A stretch of DNA of 57,783 bases, filler included, from Circinaria calcarea (Eukaryota), in the NCBI GenBank assembly GCA_051942165.1. It is 5 parts of 5 records of this genome, joined end to end, with 100 filler letters (N's around TTAATTAATTAA, not from the genome) between each part and the next. Parts side by side here need not be neighbours in the genome. Positions count along the whole stretch, not along the records: positions 11,598 to 23,078 come from JAVECS010000679.1; 4 more parts are not named here. One strand, written 5' to 3'. The translations under genes were made by a program, and so were the position numbers. The notes under the pieces were generated by a model, which had not been told where the DNA came from, did not search any database, and was given only the letters and a program-made list of their open reading frames with translations. Below, piece after piece: positions 11,952 through 23,178 of this stretch. Every line of letters starts with the position of its first letter. The first letter of the stretch is position 1.

Positions 11952-13781
11952 TCAACTCGACGCGCTAATACCTTCATTCCTCCCTACCGCCGGGTACTTT
12001 GTTGTCGACCCTAACCTCGAACCCTCTGCACTCATCATTCCCACCTCCGTCTCCTCCCCGGACGATTGCTTCTCGAGGTCCGCATTCGCGCTCTCGGCAA
12101 CTTGCTTGCCCATCATCTTCTGCTGGGAATGCTTGCTCCGGGCGCGGAGACGCGGTCCGTACTTGAAAAGGAGGAAGGGGAATGGGATCATGGCCGCGGA
12201 CAAAAAACCGAAGAGGCTAAAGGCCCAGGCGCCGGTGAGACCGGTAATCACTGGTTCCCGGTTAGCATTGAGTTTCTTTTGAGTAAAAGAGCTTGGGTGA
12301 ATAATTGGGATACTGACTTTGGATGATGACGAGCGGTAATATGGCGGCAAGCGAGAGTCTCAGGGATGCAGCCGCCGTGAGGGCGGACAGAGTTCCTCGA
12401 GGTGGGTAGGCTTCAAAGAGGTATGTGATCAGACCAATCTGGGGACAAATGGTCAGTGTCGAACACAAAGTCCGCGAGGTATATATTGACTTACAAGAAC
12501 CGATTGATTTCCCCACACATATAGCAAGGTACCCAGAATAGGGCTGGCGAAATTGATCGTAGGACTGGCTGTCCATCCGATCCAGAAAAGCGAAATAGTG
12601 ATGCCAAATCCACCAATCATCGCCGGATATAATCTGTACTCGACATCCGCCGTACCATCCTTGCTCTTGGCCAATTGCTTTGGATAAGTCAATCTGTCGA
12701 TTATGATGGATGTGAGAGCTGACAAAATCGAACCAACAATGGCCGCAATAAAGGCCAGCCCCACCTGTTGAATGCTGAAATTATATGTCGTGGTCAAGAC
12801 AGCCGGGACAACGATAAAGAGCGAGAATATAACAGCAAAATTGAAGCCCAGATAGAGGGTGGCTCCAATCACAATTGGTTCAGCGAATAGCATACCCACG
12901 GGTGCGAAGAGGGTGATCTGAAGTTGTTCTCTTAGACTCACCCCACTCGGGGCGCTCGGCATGTTTTGGGGGATTCCAGTCGCTTTCGTTCTTTGTCTCA
13001 TAATCTGTCTGGGATAGGTCTCGGGCATTCCAATTCCCAAAAGAAACGCCGCAAGAGCAAGCATCAAGGTAATCCATTGAGTCCATCTCCAACCTTTGGC
13101 CGCAAAGACAAACCCACCCACGAGAGGTCCTGCAGGAGACATAATCAGCAAGATATCCTCTTAAAACATAGACATCGGTACGTACCGGTTGCCGCTCCAA
13201 TGTAGGAAGAAATAGCCAGGACGGAATAAAATGTCCCGGTCACGTTGGCATGCCATACATCGGCAAATGTGCCTTCGATGAGAACTAGACACGGACCACC
13301 GAAGAAGCCAGCGAAAAAGCGACAGGCAGCGACGCCGGCAAAATTCTGTGATAGTCCTGCACCTAGTATGAACAGGCTAAATACGGGTATGCTGATCATG
13401 TACACTGTTGAACGGCCGAAAGCCTCACTCAGATGGGGTGTCGTTATTGGTGCAAAAGCGATGCCGAGGAGATATAACGAGAGCCCCAATATTGCAACGG
13501 TCATTGATACGTCGAACTTCATCATCACCTCGGAAATGCCTGCAGTGTAGGCCGTAGCACCAAAGGCCCTATAAGAGATATCAGCATACCATACCATATA
13601 AGAAATCCATCATAACTCACACTACAAAACTAAAGGCCCAAGCAACGGCGCAGACATAGGTCTTCCTGAGCAGTGGCCAGTTCATCGGATTGGCAGGGTC
13701 TTGAGGTGCCATCGTGTGCCCAACCACTGGCCACCGAAAATGCTCCACTCTTTCCTCGACACGCTTAGGATTGTGTTCCAT
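11952..13781 (-). CDS. MFS drug:H+ antiporter (DHA1 family), multi-exon
   Basis: DPANPMNWP, LSEAFGRSTVY, CRFFAGFFG, EGTFADVW, GPLVGGF..GWRWTQW, PETY, EYRLYPAMIGG and FKYGPRLRARS, joined by GT-AG introns. Confidence 0.9.
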
Positions 13782-15086
13782 CTTGTTCCTTGATTGAGGA
13801 CAGCCTTGACGATTGACTGTGTTGATAGAGGATGTAGGTGGTGCAACAGTGTGATGATGAGGAGACGGAAGAAGAAGAAGACGAGGAAGAGGAAGAGGAG
13901 GAATAGGTTCTTGATGGACGAGAGAAGACACCGGAATAGAGTCATGTTAAATATATACAGAACGCTGGTGCTTGAATGAATGACTTCAGGAGGCATAGAC
14001 CAGGCGGTGTGGCTTGGAGGACAAGAAAAGCCCGCGCTTAGGATCATCTTGGTGGTATTTCAAATAAGGTCGCGCTTCACTCTATATCCTATGCATCGCA
14101 ACGCGTTCGAGGAGGCTGGCGCAAGAAACGTTGCCGCAAATCCTCCGCCCATTGCGCCGACGGAAGCAGATCAACACCGGCTTGACTATGCTCTTGAGGC
14201 TTCCGCCTTCCCCCATGCGTGGATTATGCCAGATTGGTGTATGGATCCTTGATAGAGATGGACCTTTGATTCGACCACAGGTAACTTTAGGGGAAAGCGC
14301 CTCCAGATGCTCGCAGGGTTACATTCAAATACTCTCTTATCCCATGTTATGCGAGATTGGACGGCATTGCGCTTTGCCCATACTCCGTAAACCATCAACG
14401 CTCCAGCCATGCTGACCAGTAAGTTGATCGGATCACTCACACAAATCCCGTGCAGGAGGTCTTGGGGGTGGGAAGTTGGGATAAACATAGGGTTTGTCGG
14501 GGAGCTTCAGCTGATTCAATGCGCGCAATCGTCGCCCTCTGATTGGCGCTGCTCCTAGCCTCCCGCTTCAACTGGGAAGGCCGCATGAGAGACGGGCTGA
14601 GAATTTGCAATACTACGACACTTGTGCGGCAGCCCATTCGCTGCGAGTAAAACAACTGTCGGGAAGATGACGTATATCTCGAAGGCTTGAATGAATGGCT
14701 GGGGAAATGCTATCGATTGTTGATGTTTGCGAAAGCGGCCTCGGTTGTACAAAAGCGTAGTGATTCATTTCAGGGGATATTCGGATCCACAACTAGATTC
14801 TCAATGCGTTAGATTTTTGACAAATACCGAATTTCGAGGGCAATCAATTAATCTCCGTCTTCCTGTTATGGAAGTTGAGAGCTTCAGCACTCAGCGAGCT
14901 CTTCTATGACAACCGGCCTTCAATTTCCGGAACCGCAGCCTCAGGGTAAGATTGTCTTGCAGTAATGAGGTGGTATCGAGCCATCACACTGCATTAGCTG
15001 TCCAGCGCCCCAATCTGAGGGGTCATGTCATCGATCCCAACGGACCGGAGGATTAAAAAGACCGGTTTTCTATCCCTCCTTCTGGC

Positions 15087-15176
15087 GGAATGAACCGTGC
15101 CACCCCAGCTCCTGGTCTGTGCCAGCCTGGCTTGACCAATCCTAACCTTCTACCCGAGCAACGCACGGTTCATTCC
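15087..15176. repeat. Perfect 14-bp inverted repeat with 62-nt spacer
   Basis: GGAATGAACCGTGC (15087-15100) and GCACGGTTCATTCC (15163-15176). Confidence 0.85.
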
Positions 15177-16228
15177 CTCAGAGGGACAGCTTAAGTGATA
15201 GCGCAGAATCAAACGCATATCATGTCAAGGAATACAGCTCGGTCCGTCCTGCCACCCGCGCATCCTAACGGCAGCTATGCCAAAATATGATTCCAAATCT
15301 CAAAGACCCCGTACGGAGTAATCTCCACTTGATCCTGTCACTACCGTGAGTACCTGGCTCGCCATGTCCACACCAGCATGATTCGACCGCCGAAGGCCTC
15401 TGCATTCTACCCCCTATCACGCTCATCCGAATTCCATACATCCTGACTATGGTGCTGCCATGGTCATCACAGCACACAGCTACTAGACTAGAATCCGGTC
15501 CTTGGGGATGGACAAGTTCGAACGACCCTCGGCACGAAGCCATCTCCGAAAGTCTGATGGTAGCTCAATGTATGTAGAAAGATGCAAGGAGGCGAGCAGA
15601 ATGGAAATGGAAGGCGACAGAGTATGCCTAATGACAACTGAGGGTTCATCGCCAAATGTCCAAGTACAGAACCGGAAAACCATGTTGAAAGGCTCCGAGA
15701 CTGCTGTGCAAGAGGGAGGCGAAGGTAGCCTTTCCCTACTTAGTCGGCGATAGCAAAAGGGTCGCACTCTCCAATCGTCTCTCACGGACTCGGGGTGCGG
15801 TGAAAGAAAGTGGTAAGTCGGCTTATCTCGAGTCCGTGAGGGAACATGGGAGGTAATCTCCAGTACGATATTGGCCTTGCTCCTGCACTGGCGACACCCT
15901 GTCAAACTTGGCATTTGAATTGGAAAGCTTGGGGAACCTTGCATTGATACGAGTATCCGTGGCTCATTTTCCAAAGCTCGCCCACCGCATCAGCTGAAGG
16001 AATCGGGGTTGGATTTATCGTTTTGCGGGCGCGGCAGGGATGGGTGCAAATCAAGCATGAAGGGTTTGACATATCAACAACTGCATGGCATTTCCCAAGA
16101 GTACTAATAGTCCAAGTGAGTAGGAAATTATGTGTTCCTCAAGCGAAAGCTCTTGGCTTATAGATTTATGCATGTTCCTATTTACAAGCGTCTTTTCCCA
16201 AAACGTACCTACATTCATCTACCCCGTC

Positions 16229-17429
16229 CTAGGATGCCGTGGGTTTTGGAGGTGGTGATGTACAAGTCGATATTGGGTCGTATGGCTGGGTTGCAGTGCT
16301 CGACGGCACACCACTGATGACTTCCGCCTTGACCAACACTGGTATTACGGCTCCGGTACTGAGTGAGAATGTGCGGTGGCCGAGAACTTTGCGGGTACAA
16401 GTTAGCAGGATGTTTCAATGCTGCGTCACAGAAACCACACGAACCTCTCAAAAGCGAAGCAATCTCCCCGGAATGGCTCGTAATAGAGATATACGTGCTG
16501 CCATCATTGGAGAAAACATCATCGAGCACCTTCTTCGTTCGTATATCCTGATCCGTCGGTGTCTCGGCCTGAAGTGGTTTCCAAAGCAAGTCCGTTTCGG
16601 AAAATCCAGCCTCGATCTTGTACGTCGGGAAGTTTTCCTGGATATAGGTTTTACTATTACGGCGATCACAGGTGTGTCCACTGATTCCCTCTCGAAACAA
16701 CTCCTTGACTTCAGGAATGAAGGGGTGACGGGAAGGGAGTTTGAGGCCGCTGAAAGTAATGTTGGCGGTGACGAGACAGCGGGTCAGAGGACTTGTGTAG
16801 TAACTTTCTGGTGTAGGGATCTTTTCAATCGAAATTTCAGACGCCCAGAATCTATTGGCGATTTGGGCTTGTGCGATGCCTTTCGGGGTTAGGTCAGCGT
16901 CGGCCCAGACGACGGTACCATTGCCGTCCTTAAAGGACCAGTAGCACTGTTTGAAGCATTTAGCAAGCAGGAAGTATTCGCAGCCTTGAGATCATAGCAC
17001 TGACGTTCCAGGCTGGAGTCCCGTAATACGACTCTGCGGCGTTGTGGTAGCCTTCGCCATGGCGGCCCATGTAGAGCACCTTGTACTGTACATGGCGCCC
17101 GCTTTCGCGGTTGTAACGAAAGACTTGATGCTCAAACCGCTGCCATTGAGTTTTCTTATAGCCTGGGTCATATTGGCAATCAGTGTCGTAGGTACGATTG
17201 ATTAAGCCGAAGTGGGTAGCGGTCTATGACATGTATTCAGTAGCAATGTGAAATCGCGAGGTAAACTCCTTACATAATTGAAAGTGCTCGCGTTAGTTGC
17301 CAAATCATCTTGCTGGAAGAATCCCGTCACCGTGGTATACTTTATATATTCCGATGTACTGGTCTCGCCCATGAGGACGAAGAAGACCAGGACGATGGTC
17401 CCGAGGAAGAGCAAGGGACTGGAAGACAT
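16229..17429 (-). CDS. Secreted histidine phosphatase / phosphoglycerate mutase-like protein (Pmu1-like), 4 exons
   Basis: Hydrophobic N-terminus, YKVLYMGRHGEGYHN (RHG motif), DADLT..G, SPLTRC, HTCDRR, SITSHSG. Stop TAG at 16229-16231. Confidence 0.88.
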
Positions 17430-18636
17430 ACTAATCAGGCTCTACAGTACCAACAGTCATGAAGTTCACAGAGCAGGAAAAACGAATACAAGCGGAAGAA
17501 GCGGTTTATACTTTACATCATTAATCCCAGCCCGAACAGACGTGTGAGAAAAGTTTGCGCTGGACGTGTATCTGGACGGTGCGCAATAAGAACATATCGA
17601 AGAGGACGCATTTTGGCGAATGGGAGCATGCGAACAGCTGCATGCTCCGGTTAGTGAAGGGACTGTGTTTGTCGTACCTACCTATTGGAGGTTAGGAATC
17701 GTCAAGTAGCGGTCCTCGTGCCCTCTTGGCCTCGTGTCCTCGACTTGGCTTCTACGGAGTATATCCCCCATGTTGAAAAGCTGCATGTTGTCCTCCAACC
17801 TATGAAATTTAGGAATGAAGAACGTGGAATTGGCCGGGAAGCGAGGCGCTTTACTCCAATAGGACACGCCTGGAATGGACGGAAGCCCTACGGAGATTTA
17901 TTCCCTTCTCCTCTCCAAGGTAGCCATCGATCTCACCGTCGAATATTTAACACTGTTCATTCTGAACTCGGCTCTTAAGAAGTTGATGAGCTCTTCAGAA
18001 AGCTGGACTGACCTGGTCGACTTATGCTCAAATACGTCTTCAACTGACGACAAGGTCAGAATATAAAAGGTCACCCTTAGCATGGTCAATTGTCCCAAGT
18101 ATAATCATGACACCACTTACTGTTGAGCATTCAGATTATATATGTTGACACCAAGGCCAGTCCGATCTGGGGGTGATATTCTGAGGAGGCCACGGCTTAC
18201 GCGAAGGCAAAATCTCTCAAGCCCTGTTAGATAGGATAGGAGAAGAGTAATTTTTATTAGAACGGACTTGATGAGCAAATTTTTATAAATTCGTAGCTCT
18301 ATCCAGAAGTACATAAATTGATGACATGATTGTGATCGTTCTTCAAGGTACAGCATACATTGTGAACGTTATCCGGGGGGTATCACGTTTGGATTTTCAA
18401 CACACTGCCCTATACCTCTTCTATGTTAAACCACGACACCCCAAGTACCTCATCAGCCAGGTCTTCCTAGAGCACAGATTAATCACGACCCCTCACATCG
18501 TCCGCAGGTTCAATTAATACGCTCCGACTTAATGCGCCGTCCGATTATCCGCGCAATGCAATGTATCCAAACGAGCGGTAAATCATTAGTGCTTTGTATC
18601 TCATCTTCCTGTCCTCAACCATCATTGGGGCACTGC

Positions 18637-20945
18637 TTAAAGTCCTGGTACTGGTATAAATGCAACCGCAGGAAGATTCAACTGACGGATTGTCAACAAC
18701 GGACATGGGTCGGGATTCCTAATCAACTTACTTTAGCGTCTTCAAACGTTTTGGCCGCCTTTGCCATATCCCATCCGCTCTGTTCCAAACACAAGCCCGA
18801 GTAGTCCAATGTCATTCTAGTCACCTTGCTCAAGTCCAAGGCCAGCATTTCCTTCAGGACCTGATCGTCCGATTTTCCTGGCCCTTTAACTCCCCACCCC
18901 ACTGGTACCACGCTGTTGAGAGTTTCTGATGGCTGGCATAACACAGTGCTAGAATTTGACACTGGGTCGGGCTTCCACGCTTCATGGCTACCATAAGCTC
19001 TTAAAACAAGAACATCGCTGATTACTCGGACACCGCCAAAGCCGCCGCCTGGACCTAGGACAAATATTCGATCGAAACTCCGTGTGCATAGGGTATTGCC
19101 AGTCGAAACATCCATCTCTCCAAATTCACCGTGTACTACAATCAGTAGACCACCAACTCCCCCTGCAGATTGGCCTGATGGGTCAGGTAGGCCGGGAAGA
19201 GAGTGGCACTCAATGCACCATTTCTGTGGCTCGGCGGAGTAATCTGGATGACGTGTGCTGGGTAGCGTGAGCCATAAGTCAGTAATATTTTTGGTACCCT
19301 TGTAGACTCTGGCCATCCTTGTTGTTAAATGGGTGACCCTTGTTAAGTTTCGACTGTGTTTGATGTACGATTCCCAGGTCAGATTCTTGACACCAACGGT
19401 TTCCGGCGCTCGGGGTGCTGACGTGTTGATACTGAGTGAGAAGGATGATTGAGCGTCGTAATAGCTTCTGGCAAGAGTGCTACGATCGGTGTCGTAGCCG
19501 AAGAAGAATCCTTTGAGGAAGCCTTCACCGACGGATCCTTCATCGCGAAAGCTTGCTCCAAGAATTGGCAAGGGTAATTGATCTCTTGATCCTTCTCGCG
19601 CCTCTTCATCAGATCTAACTTGGGTAGCGTTTAGTATGCGCAAGGTGGGATACCAACGGAGGACGTCATTTTGGTATGTGGGAACAGCTGTCTCGAGTGG
19701 GTTGTTGGAAAGAATAAGATGATCGAGATTTCGGAACTTCCAGCGCCAAGCGTCAATCGCTTCCAGGTCCTTTAGCTGGTTAGAAGACAGATCAAGATTC
19801 TTGAGCTCCGGAAAGGTCTGCGAGAGAGTCGTAACGGTGGAGATATTTGGGAGATTATTGTTGGCCAAAGTAACGCTCACAACAGCTTCGCGCTTCTGCT
19901 CTCGAGTGGTGAATATCAAGTCGCAGACTTTCATGAGAGCCGGGAAAAACTTGGCCTGCCTCTCTTTGGTCTCAAACATGCCTGTGTTGGCAAATTCTGG
20001 GTCGGTCCCAAGATTAGACAGATCCAGAAGCTTCAACTCCGTATTGTAACGGTGACTGAGCATGGCTGTCATCTTATCCTTTAGCTGTCCAGTACCTTCG
20101 GACTGTTCCTCTTCCGACAACTTCTGCTCTGGATTCTTAGAAGTAGCACGGGCATTCGTCTCCCTAGCGCTCATCTCCACGCTCAGTTTGACTCCAGCAA
20201 ACATATAACCATTGAGCCTGATGACGCTGGGGGTATCTTTTGGTTTCACAGATACGATCAAGACCTCATCCTCAATTCGTGACTACACAACGTTAGCAAG
20301 GCATATAAACCTTGAAGTTGCAAGTCACCCATATACGAAAGCGGCAACCTCTGAAAACCTCGGTCGTCGTTCTGATATATTGGCTTGAAACGAGAGCGGA
20401 CCAATGAGGGCGAAGTTGCTGAGACGCTTCTGACCGACGGACTGTGACTTCAAACATACCTTTTTAATTGTGACAAGCGGTTTGCCAGCATAGGTTGCCT
20501 TTGTTGCCAGGAATTCAAGGAGCGTCTGAACACCTCCGTCATCGTGGTGTGATACTTTGCTACCTTTCCAGCCGGATACTGCAATGTAATCAAATCCAGG
20601 TCGACCTTCTCGCACGACAGCATCTCCGGAGCTTAATCCCTGTTTTATGGCTCTTTCTAAGAAGGTAGGATCCAAGGTTTTCCTGCCCCTTTTTGTGGAG
20701 TCGTTGGCCCGTCCACGATTGTCGTTATTTCTAACACCTTGCCCACGTTCACGACCACCTCGACCTCTACCAACCCCTCTACCAACCCCTCTACCACCTC
20801 CTCCGGCAGCGTCCATTTCCAAGTCGCCATCCCGATCGGTTCGAGGATGTCCCCCACCTGGCTTCTGAATTCTACCGCGTGGGTCACGATGATACCGTGG
20901 GCCGCGTCGCTCCTGAGGACCTCGCGGTTGGTGGGTAGTGTGCAT
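18637..20945 (-). CDS. MEX67: mRNA export receptor Mex67/NXF1 (RG-rich N-terminus, RBD, LRR, NTF2-like, TAP-C), 3 exons
   Basis: RYNTELKLLDLSNL, LRR motifs LKNLDLSSNQL and LILSNNPL, NTF2 segment YYDAQSSFSLS...VHGEF...RSFDRIFVL, TAP-C TRMTLDYSGLCLEQSGW...LPAVAF. Introns at 20283-20459 and 18682-18731. Confidence 0.93.
20283..20459 (-). other. MEX67 intron 1: structured RNA hairpin, candidate cis-regulatory element
   Basis: GTATGT...GCTAAC...TAG, 177 nt. Consistently nested complementary segments span about 20318-20453 (see findings). Confidence 0.6.
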
Positions 20946-21641
20946 CGCTGAGATGAGGTGCGGCGTTTGATGTGATAATCTAGGTTGCTATTGGAAGACG
21001 CTTTGGATGACGCCAATAAGCTCACTGGCTTCAAGTGGTGTGTTGGGGACCTCGATGTTGGAAAAAGTCAGACGGCTAGGCAGGCCTTCCGGGTGCCTTC
21101 GGTGTTGAATGAAGATGCTGTAGCATGCAGTAAAGCGATAAAAGGGTTGGTGGGAAACTGACGATGCAGAGCGCTTTATCTCGAAAAACGGGCTCTACGG
21201 AGGAGGTCGGTGGTATTTGGATGGAACAAAGGAAGAGCGTTGCGTTGTTACCTGATTCAGTCGGTTTCCCAATTGCATCTGTGATGCGGTCCTACTGCGG
21301 CTAAGGCGTATATTTACTCCGACGCTAAACCTTAGTCTAGAAAGCGTACAGGGCTTAGCAGCTTCACGCCGGATTTCCAAACGTGTCTTAAAAGGTCAGT
21401 TGGGAATAGAAAGGACAGGACAGAAATGTTCTGATCGTGAAGTAATTCAACCTCCCAAGTTACGGTGTCTCAGGATGGGTTTTCTACACTCATTTTAGTT
21501 ATCGTCTTACTGCGTATTCCACACCTTTTCGAGTATCAATTAACTGAAACTGGGAGCTTCCATCGATCTCTCGCCTCTATCTGGCCAGATCGCTACCGTC
21601 CGAAGTTCAGAATTGGTCGTTGAGCCTAGAGTGACGGCAGA

Positions 21642-23078
21642 ATGCCTGCCAAATCAAGATTTACCAGGCTAGATGCTTTCACAAAGACTGTCGAAGATGC
21701 TCGAGTACGAACCACATCAGGGGGAATTGTCACGATAGCTTCGCTGCTTATTGTGCTCTACTTAGTATGGGGGGAATGGTCAGATTACAGACGGGTGACA
21801 GTGCGCCCTGAGTTAATAGTTGATAAAGGACGAGGTATGGATTTGAGAGGCTTTTAAATCGCGCACAAGCTGACGCATCTCGGTCAGGAGAGAGAATGGA
21901 AATCCACCTAAACATCTCATTCCCAAGGATACCCTGTGAATTACTGTCATTGGACGTTATGGATGTGTCTGGAGAGCAACAAACGGGAGTAATGCATGGC
22001 GTTAACAAATTCAGACTCGCCCCATTGGAGGACGGAGGCGCGGTCATCGATGTCAAAGCCCTTGAGCTGTGAGTACTCGACCCACCAAATCGAGCTGAAA
22101 CTTATTCTCCTTAGTCATTCAATGGATGACGTTGCCACACATCTCGACCCAACGTACTGCGGTGACTGCTATGGTGCCCCTGCTCCTCCAAAGGCACGGA
22201 AACCGGGATGTTGCAACACCTGCGAGGAAGTCCGTGAGGCCTATGCTTCAGTCTCATGGGCATTCGGGCGCGGAGAAAACGTCGAACAGTGTCAAAGAGA
22301 ACATTACGGAGAGCACCTAGATGAGCAACGCCATGAAGGATGTCGAATAGAGGGAGGCTTACGGGTAAACAAAGTGATTGGGAACTTCCACATCGCACCA
22401 GGTCGAAGCTTTAGTAATGGAAACATGCATTTACATGACCTGAATAATTACTTTGAAAGTCCGGTGGAGGGTGGGCATACATTCACTCATGAGATTCACC
22501 ATCTACGATTTGGACCGCAGTTACCGGAAGAAGTATCGAAAAACCTGGGAGTAAAATCCATGCCTTGGACCAATCATCATCTAAATCCGCTGGACGAGAC
22601 AAAGCAGGCCACTGATGATCCAGCTTATAATTACATGTACTTTATTAAAGTGGTCTCGACCTCCTACCTGCCCCTCGGACACCAAACAAAGGGGATTCTA
22701 GGTTCTTTGACTGAGTCTTCGACTGATCTCATGCCCCTTGGATTCCACGGCCGAGGCGATGATGGAAGTGTAGAAACCCACCAGTACTCGGTTACAAGTC
22801 ACAAGAGGAGTCTTAGAGGTGGAGACGACGCGCAAGAGGGGCACAAGGAGCGTATCCATGCGCTGGGTGGCATCCCGGGGGTGTTCTTCTCCTATGTGCG
22901 TACGCTATTTGAAATTGTAGGGCACCTGAACTGACAACTGTAGGATATTTCCCCGATGAAAGTTATCAATCGCGAAGAGCGCCCAAAGACATTCGTTGGA
23001 TTCCTGACAGGAGTTTGTGCTGTTATAGGAGGTACATTAACAGTGGCAGCGGCAATTGACAGAGGGGTGTATGAAGGC
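21642..23078 (+). CDS. ERV46: ER-Golgi vesicle protein Erv46, 3'-truncated
   Basis: RLDAFTKTVEDARVRTTSGG, PCELLSLDVMDVSGEQ, YCGDCYGA..CCNTCEEVREAY, EGCRIEG..VNKVIGNFHIAPG, PGVFFSYDISPMKVIN, CAVIGGTLTVAA. Three introns. Confidence 0.95.
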
Positions 23079-23178
23079 NNNNNNNNNNNNNNNNNNNNNN
23101 NNNNNNNNNNNNNNNNNNNNNNTTAATTAATTAANNNNNNNNNNNNNNNNNNNNNNNNNNNNNNNNNNNNNNNNNNNN
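23079..23178. other. Artificial contig-joining linker
   Basis: 44 N + TTAATTAATTAA + 44 N. Confidence 0.98.

Noticed and set aside
14590..15345. TPP riboswitch-like words (GCTGAGA near 14596, CTTGATC near 15328) and a telomerase-template-like CCTAACC near 15141
   Set aside because: The riboswitch words are about 730 nt apart without the GATAATACC..GCG core, and there is no TAACCCTAA template.
17600..18550. Several 60-100 aa ORFs between the phosphatase and MEX67
   Set aside because: Could not be assembled into a coherent gene and show no recognisable motif.
20325..20945. 206-aa ORF as a separate gene
   Set aside because: It is MEX67 exon 1 read into intron 1, so it is treated as a possible retained-intron isoform.
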